DNA of 64,000 nucleotides from Malacoraja senta (lineage: Eukaryota): positions 2,172,001-2,236,000 of the forward strand of contig CM075997.1 of the NCBI GenBank assembly GCA_038087875.1. The letters run 5' to 3'. The position numbers and the translations under genes were made by a program. The notes beneath the pieces are model-generated. The model was not told the origin of the DNA. It did not search any database and saw only the letters and a program-made list of their open reading frames with translations. Shown in pieces: positions 51,101-61,483 of this stretch; the first letter of the stretch is position 1, and the number at the start of each line of letters is the position of its first letter.

Positions 51101-54100
51101 AAAGCCCTCGATGGGCTTGCCCCCACCTGCATAAAAAGTCTTCTTACCCACCACTCCACCTCCAGGTCCCTCAGATCGGCCGACTTGGGGATGCTGAATA
51201 TCCCGCGGTCTAGGCATAAGCTCAGGGACGACCGCGCCTTTGCGGTTGCAGCTCCTAGACTGTGGAACAGCATCCCCCTTCCCATCAGAACTGCCCCCTC
51301 CATCGACTCCTTTAAGTCAAGACTAAAAACTTATCTATACTCCCAAGCCTTTCTTGACGTCCTCTGAGCGAGGGCTATATGTATATATGTATGTAGTTTG
51401 TTTGTTTATGCTATTCTTATAACAAATGTAAAGCACTTTGGCCAACAAGAGTTGTTTTTTAAATGTGCTATATAAATAAATGTGACTTGACTTGACATGT
51501 GGTTAAAGTGCACATTGTCAGATTATATTAAAGTGTATTTTTATACATTTTGGTTTCACCATGTTGAAATCACAGCTGTGTTAATACATAGTCCCCTCAT
51601 TTCAGGGCACCATAATGTTTGGGACACATGGCTTCACAGGTGTTTGTAATTGCCCAGGTGTTTAACTGCCTCCTTAATGCAGGTATAAGAGAGCTCTCAG
51701 CACCTAGTCTTTCCTCCAGTCTTTCCATCACCGTTGGAAACTTTTATTGCTGTTTATCAACATGAGGACTAAAGTTGTGCCAATGAAAGTCAAAGAAGCC
51801 AATATGAGACTGAGAAACAAGAATAAAACTGTTAGAGACATCAGCCGAACCTTAGGCTTACCACAATCAACTGTTTGGAACATCATTAAGAAGAAACAGA
51901 GCGCTGGTGAGCTTACTAATCGCAAAGGGACTGGCAGGTAAAGGAAGACCTCCACAGCTGATGACAGAAGAATTCTCTCTATAATAAAGAAAAATCCCTA
52001 AACACCTGTCCGATAGATCAGAAACACTCTTCAGGAGTCAAGTGTGGATTGGTCAATGACCACTGTCCACTGAAGACTTCATTAACAGAAATACAGAGGC
52101 TACACTGCAAGATGCAAACCACTCGTTAGCTGCAAAAATAGGATGGCCAGGTTACAGTTCGTCTCATCTGTCCACAAGACCTTTTTCCAGAACTGTGGTT
52201 GCTCTTTTAAGTGCTTCTTGGCAAACTGTAACCTGGCCATCCTATTTTTGCAGTTAACCATGTGGTAAAGTTGGGCGAAGGGTTGGGGTGAAGTTATTGA
52301 ACTGAAGAGAGCATAAAATATTAACATGCCAATGATAATGTTACCCACCTGTCCAAAGGTTTTGTTCTTTCGACATACAAAGGAGCTGTATTGATGAAGT
52401 ATGTAATAACCACTTCCACCATCTTCCTGCTCAATCACAGAGCCAAAGTATTTTGTTGCCATTTCATCCTATGGAGAAAAAAACCTTGAATTATTACTGA
52501 GAACAAGCAAAGAATACGACTAACCTAAAAAATACTATGAAATATTCATATACAGTAGTTTGCATTTTGTCAGCTCCAACATGGCTTAATCATACGGAGA
52601 TAGATCATAGAACAGTGGTTCTTAACCTGGGAGTCATGACCCCCTATGGGGGTCATTTGGAGCTTTGCCAGGGGTCATGAAGGGGACATAAATATCATAT
52701 CAATTTGTTGAGCCCATGTTTAGGAACCTAACAAAGGTACATACCACATACAGGGTCTTGTTCGCATATATGCGCGTACTGGTATCTAAAAGGTTAAGAA
52801 CCACTGTCATAGAACACAGCTCAGGAACAGTTCCTGCAGCCCGCAATGTCCATGCTGAACATGATGCCAAGTTAAAGTAAGCTCATCGGCCTGCACATGA
52901 TCCATATCCCTCCTTTTTCTGCATATCTATGTACCTTCCGAAATGCCACTTAAATACAACTAGGATATTTGTCTCCACCATCACCCCTGGCAGCACATCC
53001 CAGGCACCTACCATCCACCCCTTCACCTCTCTAAACGTTGCCACCTATCGCCTTAAAGTCACGCCGCTAGGTTCTAAACATTTCCACCTGAGAAAGAAAG
53101 GCTCCAACTGTCTGTCCCATCTATGACTCTCACAATTTTATATAATATCAGGTGTCCCCTCAACCTCCGACAATCCGGAGAAAACAATGCAAGTTTGTCC
53201 AATGTCTACTTGTAGGTAACACTCTCTAATCCAGGCAGCTTTCTGGTAAACCTCTTCTACGCCTGCACCAAAACCTCAACATTCTTCCTAGAATACGACA
53301 AACAGAAATGCACACAATACTCCAAATACACCCTAACCAAAGTCCCAAAAACCAGCAACATCCAATATGATCAATGAAGACAAGCATACCATAAGCCTTC
53401 TTTACCTCTCCACCTACTCACGTTGCCGCTGTCAGCGAGCTATGGACTCGGACCCGAATTTCCGTCTGTTCATCAAAGTTCCTTTCCCAGCCACCCCTGG
53501 GAAGTTGTTTATTTAAAATGGAATGCTGGAAAACTACCGTCCATCTATTCCCCAAGACATGAGGTTTATGACATTCTGCAATATAGACTTTTAACCACAA
53601 AATGGCACTCCACACGTTTAGAGATTATCACCAGCTGTTTGAGGACAAAAAACAACCACTTGATTCTCAGCAACCAAAATGTTAAAATTTCAAAACATGA
53701 GCTGTAAAGTAACATTCATAAATCCTTGTCCCACTGATCACAGAAAGCACTTTGACGCATGGTTTATTTGACCCATTATAGGCACAATGATGTTCACAGC
53801 AGGCAGTGTTTACAAAAAATTGCTTTAGTCCTTTCATTGCCTTGTGAGGCTTCGGAGTAGATTTTTCTTTTTCTGTAGTTATAGCTTCTTTTTAACGGTA
53901 AAATCTTAGGCAGTGACTGTTCCAGAGGTTGTGCAATGAGAGTTTACATAACGGTTGTGGGCAAACCACATTGATGCAATAGCCAAGGAGCAACAAGCAA
54001 CACTGACACCTCTACTCCTGTTAGAGACCGAGGGAATTTGGCATATCTCCAGTAACTCTTACAAACTTCTACAGATGCACCATAGAAAACATGCTGCTGC

Positions 54101-57100
54101 TTTGCATCACAGCTTGATTAGGGAGCAGTTCTGCCCAAGACCGCAAGAAATTGAAGAGAGTTGTAGATGTCGGCCGGGTTCATCGCTCATTCTAGACACT
54201 GTACCATTGACGCCATCTATACTTCACACTGCCTCGGAATAGCAGCCATCATTTGGGCAGATAGTACAGAGAATTTAATACATTCACCACCACACTCAGG
54301 ACAGCTTCTTCCCCTCTGTAAGGCTTTTGAATAGTCCTTCCATGAGCTAGGGTACTGTCAGATGCACATGCACCTTTTGGGTTTTGTCTATGGAACCGAT
54401 ATTCAAAAATGCTGAGAATTACATTCTGCATCTTCCCCTTTGCTCTATCTATTGTACTCAAGTTTGACTTGATTGTCTTTGTGTAGAGTATCTGATCAGA
54501 TAGCATGCAAAACAATGCTTTTCACTGTACCTCCACCCCTATGACAATAAACATAATAAACCTAAAATAAAATTGCACGAAGAAAAGATGCCATAAAATG
54601 AAATAAGGTGGAAAGCAACACTGTATAATGGGCTTGGTTCCAATCACAACAGCAAATTTATAAAATAAGCAGTGGGAATTGGTTCTGGAATAGCCAGTGG
54701 CTCAAATACCAAGGGAGCTTGCACATTGCATTCAAAGAAGAGGGCCTCATTTTGACATTTCATATGAAAAGGAGCCTCTTTGGGGTAATTGTAAGAAGGG
54801 GACAAGGAGGCACACATTCAAAACCATAACCAGAAAATTAAAAAAAATTAACTCAGGGAGTTCAACATAGGAAAATGAAGCCGTTTTAGAAAAATATCAG
54901 GGACTTCAACATAGAAAAGTGGAGTTGTAATGGACCTGTCTCACTTACACGACTTTTTCGGCGACTGCCGGCACCCGTCATAGGTCGTGACAGGTCGCCG
55001 AAAATGTTCAACGTGTTGAAAATCCAGCGGTGACCAGAATAAGGTACGACTCTTTGGGCGACTACTCACGACGATACAGGCTTCGCCCCATGACATGTCG
55101 CCAGAGTGTCACCTGTATGGTTGTGAGTAGTCTCCTCGGTTGCCCAAAGAGTCGTAGCGCCTTAGTAGGCCCATTAGTCTTGGAAGACGAGACAGATAAG
55201 ATCTGATCTGTAATTACCTTGCATTAATAACATATAATAAATAACAAGTCCTCATCTCTGAGATCATAAATGTTGGAGATGCACAGAGGGCCATAAACTG
55301 AGCTAACAACTGAGCAAACTGCATTCTAATGATTTGAAATGCTAACCATTTCACATCAATATTTTCACTATTAATGTTTTTTATTTAAATTCCAGTCAAA
55401 TATCACTTACATTCACTGAAAAGAATTCATCATAACAATGGGAACTCCTCAAATACCATGCAACGCTCAGATTAACTGGAGAGCTGCAGTTCACATTTGT
55501 CCCTGAAAAGCAAGAGAATGGCAACTGTTAACTTCTAGGTGGCTATCACAGTGAAATATTGAATCTGAGCTGTGCAATCTACGAGTCTCCTGATCTGGCT
55601 GTTAATGGCACAGAATCCAGGCAGCATTTCAAGAACAGGAGTCAGTGCAATGGGTGTTTCCATAACGGCACATTCAAAGACTCCATTTAATATCCCATCA
55701 GCACCACTCCACCTCAGAAAAGCAGCCAATGTAATCAAAGACTTATCCCACCCATCACTGTCAAGGTATAGAAGCTTGAAAGTGTGCACCACCAAACTCA
55801 GGGACAGCTTCTTCCCCTCTGTTCATTAGGCTTCTGAACAGACCTTGCATACGTTAGGTAGACAAAAATGCTGGAGAAACTCAGTGGGTGAGGCAACATC
55901 TAAGGAGCGAAGGAATAGGTGATGTTTCGGGCCGAGACCCTTCTTCAGACTTTAGGGTACTGCATACGTTCTGCATACGTTAGGGTACTGTCCGATTCAC
56001 CTCTACCCCATTGAGGACAATGGGGTATTACTTGACTCTGTAGTCTAGTGTGGTGTTACACCAGGGATTAAAGAAATAAACTCAAATCTATTCCACCCTT
56101 AATACACAATGTAGAGTTAAAGCCCGGCTACTCACATTTGAGTTTAATGTAAGAATTGTTAAACAAAGTCTTTCGTAGTGGAAATCGTGTCTGTGACTGG
56201 CTCTGCAAAGAGATGAAAACAAGAGAAAGTTATACTCTAACACTAATTTTGCCCTTTGATTTCCTCTTCGAGCTATACAGCATGGAAACAGGCCCTTCGG
56301 CCCAACTCATCCGTGCCAACCAAATTGCTTAAGTGACCAGTTCCACTTACCTGGACTATATCCCTCCAAATCTTTCCAACCATATCTCACATCCTAAACT
56401 GGTCACAAGCTTAATATTGAGTTAGAATGCTATCAGTGATCTATCAGTGAATGTTCTTTGGATGAGTCTTGGTGTTGCATCAGCAGGGTATTCAAACTTC
56501 AAAGTGGACGGATGGAGGCTGGTGTAAAAAGAATGTCCAATTCTGATCAACCCTTACATTGCATATTCAGGACCTAATGATAATTTTAGACAAAGATTGA
56601 GTTGAAACTGTGCTAAGTTTTGCCCTTTGTATAGAACGGTGATTGCAGTGGCTTCACGCATCAGATGACAGGAGCACTCATAGGTGGAACTATAGATCTG
56701 TTAGCTTTGGTGACTCAGTAATTTATAGAAATGGTTAATTCATCGATTGATTGTTCCGATATCTCGCGAGTAACAAATTTGGAGGACTGATTAGACTGGT
56801 ATAGATTACAGTCATTGAAGTTGAGAAGAATGAGAAGTGATCTTACTGAAACACAAGATTCTTAACTGCAGAGGTGTTTCATCATGGGAGAGCCCAGGAT
56901 CAGAGGGCATTTATTATTAGGATGAGGAGAAATTTCTCTGAGGGTTGTGAGCCTTTGGGACTCAATGCTAAGAGCATTGCAATCTGATTTCTTGTGCATA
57001 CTTAAGGCTGAGATCAATAGAATTATAAATAGTAAGGGAATCAAGGGTTAAGGTGCGAGGGCAGGAACGTGGACTAGGGATTGTCTGTTCAGCTATGATC

Positions 57101-60100
57101 CTAATGAATGGCATTTTCCATATTTCCTTACATCACAGAAAGATGTGAAGCAGCCTTTGAATCTATGGCAAGCAATACAGCAATCTCATATCCCCACTAA
57201 TTTTTATTGTAACCTATTCTCCCCACATTCCCATCAACTTCACTCCCCTTACACGAGGGGGGGGGGGGACAATTTACCAACAACCCTCAGATCGTTGGAA
57301 TGTGGGTTAGATTAAAGTTCAGGTTGCTGGGGTTTTGATGCAGTCACTCAACCAATTACGTTAAAGTCCCCCACTAACGGCCCACTACTGGATCAGTCAG
57401 AGTTTTAACTAGCAACCAGAAATTTCTGCCTGGTCTGAGCATTTCCAGTATTTGTGCTTTAATTTCTAAAAATGAACTGCTCTAAGTTTATTCCTACTTG
57501 GAGATACAAGAGACTGCCGATGCTGGAGGAACAAAGCACTAGAGGAACTCAGCTGGTCAAGGCAGCATCTGTGGAGGGAAATACACAGATGACTTTTCAT
57601 GTCAGGACCCTTCACACTGATCAGTCCAAAGAAGGGTCTGACTTGAAACATTGTTTGTTCATTTCCCTCCACAGATGTTGCCTAACCTATTGAGCTCCTC
57701 CAATACTTTGCTTTTTATTTATTCCTACTTCCTTTTTTTGTGTCAGTTAATAATCATCAGTCCAATTTAATACATTCAGCCCAATCCCATGAGGCCTAAT
57801 ATAGAATAACAAAGAACATGTGTCAGTGCATGAAAGTGGGTATATTAATGGACGGGTTCTAGTGTCTTGGTACATTTACTACCTAATTCCAGATTGTATA
57901 ATAAAAAGAATTCAAGCAGTTATATTCTGCACACTATCTTCTCCTTTGCTATTGTGTTTGACTTGAAAGTATTTTGTTTTGTATCTAATCTGATTGGAAA
58001 GTATGCAAAATAAAGCTTTTCACTGTACCTCGGTAGACAAGACAATAATGAACCTAAAGGTAAATAAGATCACAGTAGCCATTTTATTAGTACAAACATC
58101 ACACTGGCACCATTTCAAATATCCCTCGATGTTGTTGTAGTGGCCATTTGGCCTGTTTCGCATGTCATTGATGGCATGTGCCTTTACATTTTAGACTGTC
58201 CGTTATATTGTAGGTGGGATTTATGATGTGTTTTTGGGCATGTTTGGAGCTAAGATGCTTTCGCAGAAGTTTAGTTTGTAGTGTAGTTTGGAGCGAGTGG
58301 GGAGAAGGTTAACCCTTCGAATACGAGCCATAAAGGAGATCATGCAAGGTCTAAAGGAGATCATGCCAGTGTTACGGAGACACGAGAAGTTTTCTAATGT
58401 TTGAAGTAATAAGCTTGAGTTCGATGAAGATTGTAGTAACGAGTCGGAAGAAATTTGGATGTATCTTACTGTTTTCTATCAACAATAAAGCATTTAATCA
58501 GCAAAAGACTGTGTTTTTAAGCCATATCTGTGAAGAAGCTCTGAAGGTCTCTATTAGCCAGCTCGCATGCGTATCGAAGATATTCCCCATATCCATGCTC
58601 ATCCAAAAGGCGGCTAGGGAGTTAATTTCTCGAAAGAAATGAAAATCTGCCACTATAGTTGTTCTTGCAAGGTAATGATTCTTGCTGGTAACAGTTCCTT
58701 CACAAGTCTGGTATCCATACAAGCAGCCATTCTTTGCAACAAGCCCAGGCTGCAGGTTACTTAACTCAATTCCATGAATGTTAGGTTACATAGGAATCCA
58801 TTGCTCCTCAGAATTATCAGCTATAGCAACCATACATCTCACTTTTAAATGATCAGCCACTAATTTTTTAACTATGTCTTTTTACATAGAAACATAGAAA
58901 ATAGGTGCAGGAAGTAGGCCATTCGGCCCTTCGAGCCTGCACCGCCATTCAATATGATCATGACTGATCATCCAACTCAGTATTCTGTACCTGCCTTCTC
59001 TCCATACCCCCTGATCCCTTTAGTCACAAGGGCCACATCTAACTCCCTCTTAAATATAGGCAATGAACTGGCCTCAACTACCTTCTGTGGCAGAGAGTTC
59101 CAGAGATTCACTACTCTCTGTGTGAAAAATGTTTTTCTCATCTCGGTCCTAAAGGATTTCCCCTTTATCCTTAAACTGTGACCCCTTGTCCTGGCCTTCC
59201 CCAACATCGGGAACAATCTTCCTGCATCCAGCCTGTCCAACCCCTTAAGAATTTTGTAAGTTTCTATAAGATCCCCTCTCAATCTTCTAAATTCCATCGA
59301 GTACAAGCCGAGTCTATCCAGTCTTTCTTCATATGAAAGTCCTGACATCCCAGGAATCAGTCTGGTGAACCTTCTCTGTACTCCCTCTATGGCAAGAATG
59401 TCTTTTATTAGTGACTTTCCCTAGAGCAGCCGCGGTCTGTGGTCTGTGGTCTGCGGTTTGAGGGCGTCCCGCCGCGGGCGGGCAGCGCTGGATCGGAAGC
59501 ACCGCGGAGTCGAAGCTCCAACCGGCACGGCCTGAAGTCCACGGGCGTCGCAGTCTCCGGGGAAGGAGCGGCCGCTCCAGACATTTTTAAGCTGCTGCGG
59601 ACTTTTCCACCCGATGCGGGGTGGGACCTATAATCATTGGGCTGCCGTTGCAGCGACTGGCTGCAGTGGCCTCAAACTGGCCCCGACCTCGGGTGGACTA
59701 GGAGGAGGAGGAGGACTGGACATTTTGGTGCCTTCCCTCACAGTGGAGAGTGTAGATTCTACTGTGGGGGGATGTTCGTGTTGAATTTCTTATAGTGTGT
59801 TGTGTCATTTTTTTTCTACCTCTTTTTATTATTTGTATGGATAGTCTTCCCTACAACATTTCATATGTAATTTTTGCGCCTCATGTGAGCTGTTATGTTG
59901 TCTGTTTATGATGTCTTGTTTATTCTTCTGTACAGCACTGTGGCCAACATTGGTTGTTTTAAAGTGCTTAACAAATAAAGTTGGATTGGATAGATGAAAA
60001 TATCTCAACATCTCCCTCTCAATCCTCCTTGGGAACTTGTATGTTTGAATAATGTCACCCATATTCTTCCAAATCCACAGAATACAGAACTACACAGTTA

Positions 60101-61483
60101 CAGGGACACTGTACAAACTCAGTACCACAGCCAGGTCCCAAGAGTTGTGAGGCAGCAGCTCCAATTGTTTCTCCATTGTGCCATCACACCGACGGTTGGT
60201 AGGAACACAAAGGTTGTTGATGTTGAGGTGAGGAAAGGGAGATTCTTCCTCCATGTGGGAAGAGGGGGGAGAAAGAGTAGAATTACAGGAAATAGGGTAG
60301 ATGATGTCAAGAGTCTATCAATTGCAGTGGAGGGGAATTACTGCCTGGTATTCCCAAATGAACTCAGTGTATAATACGCCAATCAGATGATTTGCTGCCT
60401 GGAGATTTACTGTGCAAAGATTGCCTATTATCGTCACTTACAGGCACAAAGTGACCCGAAATAGAGGGAATAATCTAAGCACTTTCTTCCGTTCCAATAT
60501 TTAAAGCCGGTACTAAAACCTCTTGAGATTGGTGGGCCAAGCAGATCAGAGAGGAAGCAGGTGTGGGGATGCTCAGTAACCAGAAATACAGAAAAGTACA
60601 GCACAGGAACAACCCACAGACTGTGCCAAGCATAATGCTAAGATAAACTAACCTCCTCTCCCTGTACATGATCTATATCCCTCCAAATCCACATGCCTTT
60701 CTAAAAGCTTCTCATACACCACTATTGTACCTTCCTCCACCATCACCTCTGGCAGCCCATTCCACCCTCTCAGTAGAAAACATGCCCACACTTTGACCCT
60801 CTCAACTTAAAAGATATGCCCTGTAGTCATTGACATTTCCATCCTGTTATTGCCCACACCGGACCAAGATGCCCAACTGCACATCCCATGTGCCCTAATT
60901 TGTCCCCATATCCTTCTAAACCTTTCCTATCCACCCTGTCCTCAAGGGCTAATTCTCGCTTCACAGAACAGTGCAGCTGCCATTCTTCTGAAGTGTTTTT
61001 TTCTCACAACTCCTGGGACTTGGCTTTGAAATTGAATTTGCACAGACTCCCTGCAACTATGGTTCTGTATTCCTTGGATTCGGAAGAATTATGGATGACA
61101 TTATTCAAACATACAAGAGGGAGATGCTGAGATGTTTTCATTCATTCTTCTTCTTCCTAGTCCCTCAGCTCTCATCTTATTCCCACCGCTGGTCGGCACA
61201 AGGCACCACCACGCCATGAGCTGAGCTGAGGTGACACTGCCGGGGGTGGGGAGCAGCGGACCGGGGCCGACCGGCCTCAGCCCCCAGGCCCAGGCTGATG
61301 GCGTCTCCAGCCAGGCACTGTCGCTAACGCCAACTCCCTCCTCCCTTGGCTACCTACCCCGGTTACGCTGATGCTCCATTTGCCCGGCTCCGACACAGCC
61401 CCGGTGAAGTCGAGCCCGCAGCACAACACTGTGAACAACCACAAACAGAGCGAACTCCAGGCCCGCCGCCTCCTCGCCGCCAT
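16894..61483 (-). CDS. TMEM87A-like: TMEM87-family transmembrane protein (GOLD-like lumenal domain + 7TM); spliced gene span, 21 coding exons, about 581-582 aa
   Basis: Joined exons give an uninterrupted ORF (1746 nt with exon 13b, 1749 nt with 13a). It contains hallmark TMEM87 motifs [88 protein letters not shown] and terminal SKME. All splice phases are compatible. A versus B versus other paralog is not resolved. Confidence 0.95.
18717..19121 (+). mobile_element. Penelope-like element 3' fragment (same family as 604-1192)
   Basis: Near-identical to 788-1192; flanked by duplicated ccccaatctgtctttg. Confidence 0.85.
19331..19765 (-). mobile_element. Non-coding retroposon with (ACT)n tail, probably RTE-related
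   Basis: Highly similar second copy at 48190-48625; shared trinucleotide tail. Confidence 0.65.
19967..19997 (-). CDS. TMEM87A-like: TMEM87 exon 20 ([10 protein letters not shown])
   Basis: ttttccag acceptor, GAG|gtaata donor, phase 2-0. Confidence 0.93.
20845..20897 (-). CDS. TMEM87A-like: TMEM87 exon 19 ([18 protein letters not shown])
   Basis: Family motif, ttccacag acceptor, gtaagt donor, phase 0-2. Confidence 0.95.
21059..21109. repeat. Compound (AC)n(AT)n(AG)n microsatellite
   Basis: Direct reading. Confidence 0.95.
23537..23598 (-). CDS. TMEM87A-like: TMEM87 exon 18 ([21 protein letters not shown])
   Basis: ctttctgcag acceptor, gtgagt donor, phase 1-0. Confidence 0.92.
24760..25190 (+). 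mobile_element. CR1 LINE 3' fragment inserted in a Penelope-tail element
   Basis: Same subfamily as 2981-3447. Confidence 0.88.
25506..25830. mobile_element. MITE with about 45-bp TIRs (Harbinger-like, related termini)
   Basis: ccctgtcccatggtacgagttcattccaagagctctc / gagagctcttggaatgaactcgtaccgtgggacaggg. Confidence 0.8.
25934..26007 (-). CDS. TMEM87A-like: TMEM87 exon 17 ([24 protein letters not shown])
   Basis: tttttcag acceptor, gtgagt donor, phase 2-1. Confidence 0.93.
27837..27940 (-). CDS. TMEM87A-like: TMEM87 exon 16 ([35 protein letters not shown])
   Basis: Family motif, ccag acceptor, gtaagt donor, phase 0-2. Confidence 0.96.
28772..29430 (+). mobile_element. CR1 LINE 3' fragment
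   Basis: KKANGML.FI.R...[19 protein letters not shown]. Confidence 0.92.
29867..30420 (-). mobile_element. CR1 LINE 3' fragment
   Basis: [15 protein letters not shown]...[10 protein letters not shown]. Confidence 0.92.
31300..31358 (-). CDS. TMEM87A-like: TMEM87 exon 15 ([20 protein letters not shown])
   Basis: ttccttcctcag acceptor, gtgagt donor, phase 1-0. Confidence 0.95.
31720..32135 (+). mobile_element. CR1 LINE 3' fragment
   Basis: [19 protein letters not shown]. Confidence 0.88.
32627..32861. mobile_element. hAT-type MITE with 8-bp TSD ACATAGAG, inserted in a SINE
   Basis: acatagag|caaggattcccaacct...aggttgggaacccctg|acatagag. Confidence 0.85.
33562..33670 (-). CDS. TMEM87A-like: TMEM87 exon 14 ([36 protein letters not shown])
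   Basis: Family motif; AC acceptor, gtgagt donor, phase 0-1. Confidence 0.95.
34470..35625 (-). mobile_element. CR1 3' fragment split by a plus-strand Rex1/Babar-like insert (about 34850-35390) ending in (GAATCT)n
   Basis: CR1 sequence stops near 34850 and resumes near 35391; insert encodes [17 protein letters not shown] motif. Confidence 0.8.
35773..35841 (-). CDS. TMEM87A-like: TMEM87 alternative exon 13b ([23 protein letters not shown])
   Basis: ctttctgtttcgtag acceptor; 69 nt phase 0; followed by U12 donor ATATCCTAC; resembles the TMEM87A IPLA.LD..L.WW segment. Confidence 0.9.
35964..36180. mobile_element. Palindromic Penelope-tail-derived short element (representative; similar copies at about 175-373, 14155-14342, 27135-27366, 40608-40868, 43681-43910)
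   Basis: Head-to-head inverted copies of the Penelope 3' tail (gtagacaaaaatgctggagaaactcagc...gacccttcttcagac). Confidence 0.75.
37041..37112 (-). CDS. TMEM87A-like: TMEM87 alternative exon 13a ([24 protein letters not shown])
   Basis: U2 branch-like actaac and tccctcttcag acceptor; 72 nt open in phase 0; followed by consensus U12 donor ATATCCTTT; homologous to exon 13b. Confidence 0.85.
38406..38633. mobile_element. MITE with about 35-bp TIRs and TAA target duplication (PIF/Harbinger-like)
   Basis: taa|agggcctgtcccactttcacgacctaattcacgacc ... ggtcgtgaattaggtcgtgaaagtgggacaggccct|taa. Confidence 0.85.
40397..40490 (-). CDS. TMEM87A-like: TMEM87 exon 12 ([31 protein letters not shown])
   Basis: Family motif, acag acceptor, U2-type GTG|gtaaga donor, phase 2-0. 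Confidence 0.95.
43160..43259 (-). CDS. TMEM87A-like: TMEM87 exon 11 ([33 protein letters not shown])
   Basis: Family motif, tttgcag acceptor, gtaagg donor, phase 1-2. Confidence 0.95.
44050..44233 (-). CDS. TMEM87A-like: TMEM87 exon 10 (FYMVMCIIY...LRIQFWI...[12 protein letters not shown])
   Basis: Strong family motif, cctgcag acceptor, gtatat donor, phase 0-1. Confidence 0.95.
44933..44994 (-). CDS. TMEM87A-like: TMEM87 exon 9 ([20 protein letters not shown])
   Basis: Conserved motif, cttttgcag acceptor, gtaagt donor, phase 1-0. Confidence 0.95.
46404..46515 (-). CDS. TMEM87A-like: TMEM87 exon 8 ([21 protein letters not shown]...NWNLN)
   Basis: TW.DAPY.FI motif, ttgacag acceptor, gtaggt donor, phase 0-1. 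Confidence 0.92.
46675..47235 (+). mobile_element. Degenerate CR1 fragment
   Basis: [22 protein letters not shown]. Confidence 0.85.
47298..47366 (-). CDS. TMEM87A-like: TMEM87 exon 7 ([23 protein letters not shown])
   Basis: ttttttccag acceptor, gtacgt donor, 69 nt phase 0-0. Confidence 0.7.
48190..48625 (-). mobile_element. Second copy of the (ACT)n-tailed retroposon
   Basis: Colinear with 19331-19765. Confidence 0.65.
48650..49260 (+). mobile_element. Rex1/Babar-type LINE 3' fragment
   Basis: [22 protein letters not shown]...[17 protein letters not shown]. Confidence 0.85.
49899..49964 (-). CDS. TMEM87A-like: TMEM87 exon 6 ([22 protein letters not shown])
   Basis: ctttgcag acceptor, AAG|gtatga donor, 66 nt phase 0-0. 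Confidence 0.75.
50226..50540 (+). mobile_element. tRNA-derived V-SINE (HE1-like); representative full copy
   Basis: A-box tggcgcagcgg, B-box ggttcaatcc, V-core ggtttcctcccacactccaaagac, (CTAAA) tail. Other copies at about 1835-2145(-), 7443-7725(+), 13873-14145(+), 17155-17450(+), 37912-38110(-), 44680-44890(-), 63010-63330(-). Confidence 0.85.
50781..50831 (-). CDS. TMEM87A-like: TMEM87 exon 5 ([17 protein letters not shown])
   Basis: cttttgcag acceptor, CCG|gtaata donor, 51 nt phase 0-0. Confidence 0.75.
50888..52260 (+). mobile_element. Tc1/mariner remnant (left IR/DR end and decayed transposase N-terminus) with nested L2
   Basis: TA|CAGTGCCCTCCATAATGTTTGGGAC end; inner direct repeat near 51603; [37 protein letters not shown]. 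Confidence 0.85.
50990..51495 (+). mobile_element. L2-clade LINE 3' fragment nested in Tc1
   Basis: [21 protein letters not shown]...[20 protein letters not shown]; (GACTT)n tail. Confidence 0.88.
52349..52468 (-). CDS. TMEM87A-like: TMEM87 exon 4 ([11 protein letters not shown]...CRKNKTFGQ)
   Basis: ttttctccatag acceptor, CAG|gtgggt donor, 120 nt open in phase 0. Confidence 0.85.
52613..52806. mobile_element. hAT-type MITE with 8-bp TSD TCATAGAA
   Basis: tcatagaa|cagtggttcttaacct...aggttaagaaccactg|tcatagaa. Confidence 0.88.
55411..55502 (-). CDS. TMEM87A-like: TMEM87 exon 3 ([31 protein letters not shown])
   Basis: cttttcag acceptor, gtaagt donor, conserved WYL..S.CY.E motif, phase 1-0. 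Confidence 0.92.
56136..56202 (-). CDS. TMEM87A-like: TMEM87 exon 2 ([22 protein letters not shown])
   Basis: ctttgcag acceptor, gtgagt donor, RKTLFN motif, phase 0-1. Confidence 0.9.
58884..59405 (-). mobile_element. CR1 LINE 3' fragment
   Basis: [18 protein letters not shown]... Confidence 0.9.
61358..61483 (-). CDS. TMEM87A-like: TMEM87 exon 1 (signal peptide; [42 protein letters not shown])
   Basis: ATG within a CpG-rich region, hydrophobic signal-peptide-like stretch, donor GGG|gtaggt, phase 0. Confidence 0.9.
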
